In this document: positions 46,944 through 57,698 of the stretch, piece after piece
Layout of the letters: each line of letters opens with the position of its first letter
How positions within the stretch are numbered: position 1 is the first letter of the stretch
Source of the DNA: Scenedesmus sp. PABB004
Lineage: Eukaryota
Direction: 5' to 3'
DNA: 64,000 bases
NCBI GenBank assembly: GCA_014905635.1
Contig: JABVCE010000041.1
Location: forward strand, 1-64,000
Position numbers and translations under genes: made by a program
Notes under the pieces: generated by a model
The model's input: the letters and a program-made list of their open reading frames with translations, nothing else
Database searches by the model: none
What the model was told of the DNA's origin: nothing

Positions 46944-47661
46944 TCAGCGGAGGCACTGGTCCGCAGTGACTGCCACGGCACCCCACGGCAGCGCGGCCGC
47001 AAGGCCCGTCGCCAGCACCGCCGCTGCGGCCGCGCCGCCGCGGCGCGAGCCGGCCGCCACTGCAGCTGCGGCAGGTGCGACCTCCTCCGGCAACGCGCCG
47101 GCCGCCGCTCCGGGTGCGGCGGTCGCCGGCGCCCACGCAGCCGCGGGGACGCGCAGCGCCATGGTCTGCAGCGCCGCCGGCGCGCCACGCGCGGCAGCCG
47201 CACCGAGCAGCTGCTCAGCTCCGCCCGCCACGGCGGGCGTGGCGACGCGCAGGTGCTGGAGGCGCGGCAGGCGCCACGCCGCGGCCAGCACGTCGCCGGT
47301 CAGGCAGGGCAGGTGCTGCAGCTCCAGCGCGCGCAGCGCCCCAAACGCGCTGCCGAGCTGCTGCAGCAGCTCCAGCGAGGCCGCGGTGCCCGCGGCCGTC
47401 GCCGCCGCGGCGCCCGCCCCGCGCGCGGCGCCGTCGCCGCAGGCGCCCTTGTCCGCCGCCTCAGCAGCGGCGCCGCCGCCTGGGCACCACACCGTCAGGC
47501 TGGCCACGCCGGGCCACGCCGCCGCCGCCGCGGGCCAGCCGCCGGGCCAGGTCGTGGCCGCCAGCGCCAGGCGTTCGAGGGGGGCGCTCGCCAGCGACGC
47601 AAGCGCCTCGGCCTCGGCCTCGCAGTGCTGCAGCGCCAGCGAGCGCAGCGCCGCGTGCGGC

Positions 47662-47751
<90 letters not shown>

Positions 47752-49646
47752 AGCAGCCGCACCCGGCGCGCCTCGAGCGCCGCCAGCGAGCGCGGCAAGC
47801 AGCCCGCGGGCAACGGCAGCAGGTCAGCACCGAGCTGGTGCACGCAGAGCTCCTCGAGCGCCGGCAGCGCGGCCAGCGGGCGCCACGTGGCCTCTGGGTC
47901 ACCCCCGGCGGTGGTGCCGCCGCCGTCAACGCCAAAGCTGCCCACGAGCCGCAGGCTGCGCAGCGCGCCGCGCGGGCCACCCGCCGCGGCGAGCGGCGCG
48001 AGCGCGTCCGGGCCCAGCGCCACGCGCGCCATGCCGGGGAGCAGCGCGAGGCGGCACACGCGCGGCGCGCCCGCCGCAACCGCCGCGACGAGGGCGCAGC
48101 AGTCGGCGGGCTGGCTGGAGGTCGCGAGCAGGGTGACGCGGAGGCCGACGAGGCCCGGCAGCGACGCCAGCAGCCCCGCCAGGCCCGGCTGCTGCTCGGG
48201 GCGCAGCACGACCGCCAGGCCCGCCACGCGCGGCAGCAGCGCACCCGGCGCGGCGCCGCTGTAGCGCGCCAGCGCTGCCACAAACTGCGCCTCCAGCCAG
48301 GGCACGGCGCCGCCGCCGCCGCCGGCGCCGCCGCCGGCGCCGCCGCCGCCGGTGCCGGCGCCGGGCATGCCGGCGTGGTAGCTCGCCTCTATGGCGGCGG
48401 GCAGCCGCTCCGCGCCGGTGTCGCCGCCGCCGGCGCCGCCGCCGCGGCGCCAGGACATCGCCCAGCCCGTGCCGCAGGTCGCGAGGCGCAGGCGCTCCAG
48501 CGCGGGCAGGCGGCGCAGCAGCCAGCCGCCGAGCGCGTCGAGGGAGAGCAGCGCGCTGCTCGGCGGCAGCGCCGCCGCGAGACGCGCCGGCAGGGCGTCC
48601 GCCGCGGCGGCGACCGCCGCCGCCGCGGCGTCGGTCGCCACGCCGCCCTCGGCCGCCCAGACGTCGGGCAGGTGCGACAGCGTCAGCTCGCGCAGCGCCG
48701 GCAGGGACGCAGCGGCCGCCGCAACCGCCGCGAGCGCGGCCGCCTGCTGGCGGTGCAGCAGCGACGCGGTGGCTGCGGCTGCGCCGCCGCGCGCAGGCGG
48801 CGCGCCCGGCGGCAGCTCCGGCGCGAGCGACGGCAGCTGCAGCGCCAGCGCGCCGAGGCCGGGGCACGCCGACACGAGGCCCGCCGCCGCGGCGGCCAGC
48901 TCGCGCGCGGTCGCCGTGCCGCGGGCGCCCCAGCCGACGTGCGAGAGGCGCAGCGCACGCAGCGCGGGCAGCCCGCCGCGGCCCGGCAGGCCCGCCGCCA
49001 GGTCGGTCGCGAGGTGCTCCAGGCACACGCCGTCGGCCTCCAGCTCCGCCAGCCCCGGCGCGAGCGCGCCCAGCGCGGGCGCGAGCGAGGGCAGCCGCGC
49101 GGCGTGCGGGCCGCCGGGCGCGGCGGCCGCGCCGCGGCCGGGCGCGGCCGTCGCGCCTGTGATGCGCAGCGACGCCACCTGGCCGCGGCGCGCGAGCAGC
49201 GCGGCCGCGGCGCCGAGCGCCTCGGGGCCGACCGCGCCCGCGACGCGCAGCGTCACGCCCGGCACGTGCGCCAGGCGGCGCGTCGCGGCGGCCCACGCGC
49301 GCAGGCGCTCGCGCGCCGCGCCGCCGCCCGACAGCCGCAGCACGAGCCCCGGCGCGCCCGCGCTCGCGCGCGCGCCCACGGCGCCGCTGGTCGCCCGCAG
49401 CGCCGCGACGTCGGCGCTGTCCAGGCGCGCCAGCACCGCCTGCGGAGCGCGAGCGCGGCGGAGCGCGGCGGCGGGTCGGCGGGCGCGGCGGAGCGCGGCG
49501 GGCGCTGCGGGTATGCATGCATGTCACCCGCGCGCGCCGTGCGTTCACGTCACCAGTTCAGACCACTCGGAGCGCGCGGCGCGCACCTGGAACGCTGTGG
49601 CGGGGAGTTCTTCTAGCAGCGCCGGCGACGCGGCAGCGGCGTTCAT
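46944..49646 (-). CDS. F-box-like/degenerate LRR protein
   Basis: Exon 1 MNAAAASPALLEELPATAFQ (GTGCG donor) joins AVLARLDSADVAALRATS, forming an F-box-like motif. A long exon follows with LxxLxL motifs (LPALRELTLSH, LPALERLRL, LRSLALQHC). Confidence 0.65.
47664..47750. repeat. (CCG)n tract encoding a poly-Gly run of about 29 residues
   Basis: Read directly from the sequence, inside ORF 46944..49436. Confidence 0.9.
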
Positions 49647-50396
49647 GCCTGGCTGCGCCGGGCGGCCGCGCGGCGTCGTGTGGAGGCTTGGCGAGGTCGG
49701 CGCCTAGCTGGCGGTCTGCGCGCGGGCCGCTGCGGCTGGCTGGGGACGCTGCGGCGGGGCGGCGTCGACGGCGCACAGTCGAGAGCTCGTTCTCGCTGGC
49801 ACGGCGGGTTGGCTGCTGGGGCGCGCCGCGTGGCGCGCTTATGAGCACGGGTCAGCTCGTGGCGGCTTCCGCGGAACTGACAACTTGACGCCGCGCTTCC
49901 GCCGCAGCGGCGCCGACTCGCGGTCGTCGTTGCGCCATGCCGGCCGATGCGCGCGCCGCGGAGGGCCGGTCATCCCACAAATTCCCGTTACGCCGTGCTT
50001 GCGAGCCCGCCGGCGCGGGGAGCGCGCCGCGCCGCGCGCCGCGCTGCCGGCGCCGCTCCCGCCAGCGCGCCCGGTGCCCGGCGGCGTCCACGCGCGCAGG
50101 CGGCCGGGCAGGGCTGACCGCGTTGCGTGCGCTGTCTCGCCGCACGCGCTGGCCTGTGTCGGGAGGCCTGCGCCCCGGTCTCTACCGCGAGCGGGCGAAC
50201 CCGCTCCCGCCGCGCCGCGCCCGGTGTCCGACGGGCCGCCCGCTGTCCGCGAAAGACGCACATTCGCCGAGCGCTGCCCCCACGCAACGCCTGCCGCGCC
50301 GCGGCGCCGTGCGCACCGGGGGCCGGGAGCAGTAGCGCGGTCCCGCACCCGCCGCGACCAGCAGCGCGCGCGCCAGGGCGCCCTCGCGCTCCGGGC

Positions 50397-52116
50397 ATGC
50401 AGGCACCCGCGTCCCGGCCGTCGTGGCCGGGCGGCGGGGCGCGGGCGCGGCTACTGGCGGGGCTGGCGGCCCTGCTGCTGCTGGCGGGGCTGTCGGCGAG
50501 CGCCACGGGCGCCTGGAGCTGGGGCGCCAGCTTCAGCGCCGCCGTGGAGGGCTCCGGCAGCAGCCCGTCGCAGCCGGCGGCGGTGCCGGCCGCCGGGGGC
50601 GCGGGCGGCGGCGGCGGCGGCAGCGCGGGCGCGGCCGAAGGCGGCGCAGGCCCGGCGCTGCTCGCGACCTACCCTGGCCTGGGCGGCGGCGGCGACGCGC
50701 TCATGGCGCTGCAGCCCGCTGTGCACGGCCGCGTGGCCAAGGCGGGCATGGCGGAGAAGCTGGCGTGGAGCCTCGACCCCAAGTACGCGGTCGCGCGCGA
50801 GGCGATTTTCGCCGACTGGCGCGCCCGCGAGGCGGCGTCGCCGGCGCCGGCCCTCGCGCGCGGCGAGGCGCCGAGCTGCGCGCGGTCGCGGCACCCGCCG
50901 GCGCCGTACCACCACTGCCACGTGTTTGTCAACCACGACTACCGCGTCGCCTACATACGCAGCCCCAAGAGCAGCAGCACGTCCATCATGAACTGGATGG
51001 GCCAGTGCCGCTACAACAAGACGCGCAACCACAACGCGACGACCTGCATGGAGTACTCCTGGTGCGCGCGGCGGGCGGTGCCAGTGGCGCGCGGCGCCGG
51101 CGGCGCGCGGCGCCGGCGGCGCTCCCGGGCCCGCGCGCCGCGGCGTCCGCGCCGCTCGCCGGCGCCGCGCCGCTCACGGGCCCGCGCCGCGCCGCGCGCC
51201 GCGCCCCCCCCCCCCCCTCTCCCGCACGCAGGGAGAAGTTCCACAGCGTGTCTGAGGTGCGCGCGCTGTGGGGCGACTACTTTGTGTTTGGCTTTGTGCG
51301 CAACCCCTGGGCGCGCGCGTACAGCCTGTGGAAGGACCTCAGCGCGACCAACCACTTCATCCACAAGCACGGCCCCCGCTGCGCCCTGCCCTGGGCGGCG
51401 TTCTGCGCCGACCCGTGGGCGGGGTGGGACGCGCTGCACGAGGGCGGGTGCGGGCACGTGGAGCCGCACTACGCGTACTGGCATATGATGGACCAGGCGC
51501 GCTGCATGCTCACCGACTCGGGCGACTGGGCGGTCGACTTCCTGGGCCGCGTGGAGCACGGCGACGAGGACTGGGCGACCGTGGTGGCAGAGATGAACGC
51601 GCGGCGCCGCCCGGGCGTGCCCGAGGTGCCGTTCTCGAGCTACGGCCACGTCCACAAGGTCGACCCCGGCGCGCCGCCGCGGCCGCGCCCCGCGCGGCGG
51701 CTCGCCGCCGCCGCGGACGGCGCGCGCGGCGCCGCGCCGCAGCCCGCGGCGGGCGGGCCCGGCGCCGGCGCCGCCGCCGCCGCGGCGGGGGGTGCGCGGC
51801 CGACCCGGAGGGCCCCTATTGCGGCGCCAATGCGCGCTGCGCCGACGCGGTGGCCCAGTGGTACGGCTGCGACATCGAAAAGTTCGGCTACCTGCCGCCC
51901 CTCGCCGGCGCGGGCGCCGCCGGCGCCAGCAGCGGCGTGATCGGGGGCGGCAGCGGCGGGGGCGGCAGCGGCAGCGACGCTGGCGGGGGCGGCAGCACCG
52001 GCAGCGGCGCCGCTGGCAGCAGCGGCAGCGGGGGCAGCAGCAGCGGCGCCAGCAGCAGCAGCAGCGGTGCCAGCAGCAGCGCTGCTAGCAGCAGCAGCCA
52101 GACGCGGCGACGGTGA
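50397..52116 (+). CDS. Type II membrane sulfotransferase (Sulfotransfer_2 / CHST-like)
   Basis: N-terminal anchor, 5'-PSB YIRSPKSSSTSI, 3'-PB YFVFGFVRNPWARAYS, VDFLGRVE and WYGCDIEKFGY. One intron (about 51062-51230) and one apparent frameshift near 51700-51790. Confidence 0.85.
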
Positions 52117-53283
52117 CGCCGGCGGCGGCGGGGTTGCGCGCGCGCGGCAGCGGCCGTGCTGCGCGGCCCGGCCTGGGCCCGCGGCGAGCGTGCGTGCAGG
52201 ACTTGCAGCTGGGGCGGCATCGCCAGCTCAGGGGAGCGGCGGCCGGGCTCTGGGCTGCCAGCGCAGCGCGGACGGGCGGGCGACGAGCTGGCAGCGCGCG
52301 CAGCGCGCAGTGTGCAGAGGTGGCGTGTGGCGTGCGCGGCTCGCTGGCCGGAGGGGGGAACGGAATCTCTGGGGCGAACTGCCGGGAGGCAGGCGCCCCT
52401 CGCTGCACTGCGCTGCGTGCCGCGTGGGCGGCGAGAGTGGCCGCTGCGATCGCGGCGGACCCAATCATCAGTGCCTGTGGCGCCGGCGCCGCGCAGGCGC
52501 CGGCGGGGCTGTGCGCCGAGCGTGTGGTGGAGGAGGCCGCGGCCCCTGCAACCAGGCTGGCCGCCACGACGGCGCGCGCGCGAGCCGGAACTCTCGCCGC
52601 GCGCGCCGCGCAGGCCCGGCCTGGCGGCGCGTGGCGCCGGCCGGCAGGCCTTGCCAGCGCGCTACGCGGCCTTGCCAGCGCGCTCCGCGGCCCCCGGGCG
52701 GTCTCTGACGGGCGGAGGAGGCCGCTGGGCCGAGCAGCAGCGGGCGTCACCCGGCGTCAACTCGTGCGTTTGCCGCCGCGCTGCCGCGTGCGTGCGCGTA
52801 GAGCTCGGGCGCATGAGCTCGGCCAGTCAGCGGGGCAGCGCGCCGGGCGGACGCCGGCGGACAAGCAGTGACCTGTGACCGCGGTCGAGCGACCGCCCGC
52901 GCACCGCACGACGCCACAGCGCGAGCGTGAGAACGCTCCTCAGCGACGCCAGCACGAGCACACACCGCACCTGACGCTGTGAACTCCAGCTCTGTCCACG
53001 CGCATCCTGCCCGGCCCGGCCCGCAGCGAGGCGCGCCGCGTGGTCACGGGACGCCCACGAGAGCTGCCGCCAGGTGCGGGACGCGGGCGCGGGGATTCGT
53101 GCGCCAGCTGCGGCGCGACGGGGGCGCAGCGGGCCCCGCGCCATCGCGCCAGACGTGCGGCGCCCGCCGCCGGCTCGCCCGGTGGGCACGGCAGCCGGCT
53201 GCGGCGCCCGCGCGAGCGGCGGGGCCGCGGGCATCGCGCGCACGCGTGTGACCGCTGCGTGCCCTCGCGCAGGCCCGGCGACG

Positions 53284-54470
53284 ATGGAGGGCGAGCCGCG
53301 GCCCTGCGCCGCGGCTGAGCCGTGGACGCCGCCGCTGGCGCACCAGGGCAGCACCGAGGTCAAGGGCGCACCCGCGGGCGCCCGGCCACCAGCCAGCGCG
53401 GACTGGCGCCCCGAGGCCGCGAGCGCCTGGCCGCAGGATGCTGGTGAGCATGGCGCCGCCGCCAGCGCGCGCGCGCCGCGGTCGCCGTCGTGTCAGCAGG
53501 CCGCGATGGCGCGCGCCCACGATTCCGCCGCTGCGCCGCAGGGAGCGCCTGCGGCGACGCGCCCGCCGAGACGGCCCAGGCGCTGGCGGACGTGGTCAGC
53601 CTGCTGCCCGCGGCCTGGCGCGTGGAGCCGCCGACGGGCGTGTCGCCGCGGCGGGTGACGCCGGAGCCGGCGAGCGGCGGCGGCGACTGCCCGTCGCGGT
53701 CGCTGCCGGCCGCCGACTGCGCGCCGTCGCGGTCGCTGCTGGGCACCGAGTGCGCGCCCACGACGGCGCACCTGGGGCCCGCGTTCTGGAGCTACCCGGA
53801 CGCCAGCGGTCGCCCGGCGCGGCGTGGGCGCACGGCGGCGACCTCGCGGCGGCGCCGGCCCTACCCCGCGCAGAGCGGCAGCGGCAGCGCCCGCGGCAGC
53901 GGCAGCACGAGCGACGACTTTGGCGCGCTCGCGTGCGAGGACGCGTCGCAGCTGCTCGATGACGACGCGAGCTTTGCCTACCCGGGTGCGCGCGCCGCGC
54001 CGACACGCCGCGCCAGCCTGGCGTCGCGCCAGCCTGGCGCCGCGCGGCCCGCGCGCGCTCACGCCCCCCCCCCCCCCCCCCCCCCCCGCCTCCCCCGCAC
54101 GGCGCTGCACAGGCGGCGTGGACGCGGCGCTCGCGGACTGGGCGGCGGCGTGCAGCGGCGAGCCGGCGGCGTCGGCGAGCGCGGGCCTCGGCAGCTGCGG
54201 CACGCGCGTGCTCGGCGGCGGCCGCGCCGCGCACTTCCACGCGCACCGCCGCTCCCGGCCGCGCCCGGCGAGACGCTGCCGTCGCTCGCGGCGCTGCTGG
54301 TGTCGCCGCCGATGCCGCCGTGCTACGGCCCCGCCGCGCTGCTCCCGGCGGCGCACTTCCAGGCCTTTGAGGGCGACGCCGTCGGCGACGTGCTCGCCGG
54401 CGCCGCGCCCGCGCCCAGCTGCGGCAGCACCGGCGGCCTCACCGGCGTCCTGGTGGGCGCGCTGGGCTGA
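53284..54470 (+). CDS. Hypothetical low-complexity protein
   Basis: Coding-like segments (MEGEPRPC..., AFWSYPDASG..., DDFGALACEDASQLLDDDASFAYP|G) with a GTGCG...CAG intron at about 53986-54112. Frame changes are needed and I recognise no family. Confidence 0.3.
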
Positions 54471-55691
54471 ACGCGCGCGCGCACCCTCGTCCGTGCGAGC
54501 GAGCGCGGCCGCCTAAACGGCCGGCCGGCGCACTCTGCCGGCGGCGTGGGTGGGGCTGGGTGGGGGATGAAGCATATAGACGCGTGGCCATCTGTCAAGC
54601 AGCGGGGTGGGTGTGTGGGACGCCCTGGGCCTTGCCTCTGACGGGGTGTGCCTGGCGCGCGAGTGGTGGCTTTGTGGGCTCGGCGATGATTCATGATGAT
54701 GATCGCGACAAAGCACTGCATAAACACACGCGGCTGGGCGCACTTCTCCCAACCCGCACCGAGTGGCACCGCCCGGCGTGTCCGCGCATTGCAGAACCTC
54801 CTCCCCTTTTGCGCACGGGCCGGCCCGACTCTCTCCGCACCGCTCACGTGATGATGACGATGACCCCTTCCTGCTGCTGCTCGGCGTGTGTGTGCGTGTG
54901 CGCACGTGCGTGCACGTGTCTGTGTGTGCGCGCGCGTGGGCACACGCGTGGGAGCGCGGGCACGGGGGCGACGAGCGCGAAACCCATGTCAGCACTTGCG
55001 GCCGCGGCGCGGCTCGCACCGCAGCACTGCGCACTGCGCACAGCCAGCGCTCGCTGGTGGTGGGTAGGCGGGCGGGCGGGTGGGTGGGCGGACTGCTTTG
55101 CCGGCGGCGCCGGCTCTCTGCTGATCGCGCCGGCGCTGGCCGCCGAACGCACGGCGCACGGCGCGGGCGCGCGCCGCCCGCGCCAGCCTGGTTGGGACCC
55201 CTGCTGCCGCGCAATCCGAACACGCCCGAGTGTAAGGCAGTCATCCTGTGCCCCGCCCGAGCCCCGCGGCCGCACGCGCGCTGGGCGGTCGGGCGGCCGA
55301 ACAGCGGCGGCGGGCCGGTGACGCCGCCGCTGAACCCCTGGCGCCGTCCACCTGACAGCAGTTCGGTCTCTGGACACGCGTCACGAGTGCGTCCGCGCCG
55401 GAGGCAGCCCGCGCGGCCGGCAGCAGACCGACCTCTCACCGCGCCCTCCACCGACGCGCGGCCGCGTGCTGGCCCCGCTGCACCGCGCGGCCGCCGCAGC
55501 GCGGGGTACTCGACCGCACGGTGCTCACCGCGCGCGTACTGTTGCGTTCCAGCGCCCGCCAGGCCGTCGCCCTCCCGCATCGCGGCGCGCCGGGCGGCCC
55601 TACGCGCGCCAGGGCGCTCGCCGCGCGACGCTGGCGGGCGCCGATGAGGCAGCGCAGCCAGGATGACTCGGAGGGCGGCTGCCGAGCCGCC

Positions 55692-57661
55692 ATGCCCCGC
55701 CGGCGGCGCGCTGCGGCGGCGCGCCGCGGCCGCGGCGGCGCCGCCGCCGTCGCCGCGGCGGCGCTGCTGCTGCTGGCCGCCTGGGGCGCGCCCCGCGCGG
55801 CCGCGTACTCGCTGAACCCCTTCCAGGGGCAGGGCGTGGCGCCGGCGGGGTCGGTGAAGATCTACCTCACCGTGCTGCTCGAGCGCGTGCTCGGCGTCGA
55901 CCAGCGGTGCGGCGCCGCCGCCGCCGCAGCGCCGCCGCCGCGCCGTCGCCGCTCCCTTCCCTCCCCCTCTCGCGCGCGGTCCGCCGCGCGGCGCCCGCGG
56001 CGCCCGCGCGCCCGCGCGCCCGTGCTCACGCGCCCGCCCCGCGCCGCCGCCGTGGTGCGACCCTGGTCAGCAACTATGGCTTTGAGGCGATCACCTACTT
56101 TTACATGTCCTGGCACGACCCCCGCGCCAAGGAGGCGGTCACCAAGTTCAGCAAGCTGCAGAACGACCCGAGTGCGCGCCGCCGCCGCCGCCGCCGCGCT
56201 GCAGCGCGGCCGCCGCCGGCGCGCCTTGACGCGCTGCAGCGCCGCCGCCGGCGCGTCCGGCGCGCCGCGCCCGCGCCTGACGTCCCCCCCCCCTCCCCCA
56301 CCCACACACACCAGCCTACAACAGCGGCAACGGCTGCATCCGCTTCTGTGACAACGCGTACGACGAGTCGTTCGGCCGCTTCGCGGGCGCCAACGGCACG
56401 AGCAGCCGCCTCTGCTGCGACGGCGTGTGGCTGCCGGGCTTCGGCTTCCGCAACGCGCACTCGCTGCCCGAGGGCCGCGTGGAGCCGCTGTACGCGATCG
56501 TGGTGGCGCCGGACAACGAGACCGTCACGTGGCGCCTCACGACGCACGGGACCTACTTCACACCCATGTGAGCGCGCCGGGGTGGGGTGGGGGGGGGGGG
56601 GGCAGGGAGAGTGTGTGTGGGGGGGGGCACAGGGGCAGGGAAGGGCAGGCGCGGCGAGCAGCTGGGCCGGGGAGCGCGTGGCCCGCGGCAGCCGCCGGCG
56701 GCGGCCGCGGCCGCGCGCCTGACCCCTTTCCTCCCCCCCCCCCCCCCCTCGCGCCCCGCAGGGACTTCCACGCGTTCCCCTTTGACTCGCAGGACCTCAT
56801 CATCGAGCTCTCAACCACCCAGGCGCGCGCGCTACAACCCTCGGGCTCAGGGGCTCGCAAGGGCTCAAGGCCCGCGGGGCTGGGCGTGCGGCGGCAGTGG
56901 CGCGGCCGGCCGGCAGGGCGCCCTTCCCCCCGCCCTCCCTCACACCCACGCACCAGCACACCCACACGCTCCCCCCCCAAACAGGCCACGCCCGACAAGA
57001 TCGTGGTCGTGCCGTCGGCCACGAGCCACAAGCTCTTTGTGCACGGCCCCGGCGACGACCTCTCCACCTGGCGCATCGTGGACGTGAGCATCAAGGTCGA
57101 CCCACCGCTCAAGGGTGCGCGCGGCCGCGACACGCGGGCGCCCGCGGCCCCCGCGCGGCGCGCAACACCACCCGCGGCGGCCCCGCGCGCGCGGCGGCGC
57201 GCGGCGGCCGCGGCGGCGCGGCGCGCTGCGGGGCGCTCCGTGCCCCGGCGCGCGCTGCTCGCCCGGCCCCGCCTCCCGCGCTGCCTCCCTCCCCTCACCA
57301 CCCACGCGCACGCATGCACCTCGCCTGCCTCCCAAACCAACCCGCAACCCGCAACCCTTGACCCCCGGCTCCCCGGGCAGGGTCCAACCTGATCGCGCAC
57401 AGCTCCCCGGTGTCGCCCGACGACCCGAGCCCCCAGAGCGCGGTCAACGCGACGCCGGCGCAGCTCGCCAACAGCGTCGTGCCGCCCCTCTACTTCTGCG
57501 TGACCAAGATACACATCAAGGCGCGGCGGGGGGGGGGGGCAGGGTTTAGGGGGGCAGGGTTTGGGGCACAGCGGCGGGGCGCGGCGGGGCCGCCGGCGCA
57601 GCGCCCGCGCCCAGCCCTCGCCCCGCCTCTCGCCCCCCTCGGCCCTGCTCACCCCCCCCCC

Positions 57662-57698
<37 letters not shown>

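Noticed and set aside
54500..55300. Lower-GC segment as a possible foreign insertion or ncRNA
   Set aside because: It looks like a 3' UTR or intergenic region, with (GT)n and (GAT)n tracts and a TGTAA at 55231. I recognised no terminal repeats, coding signal or RNA motif.
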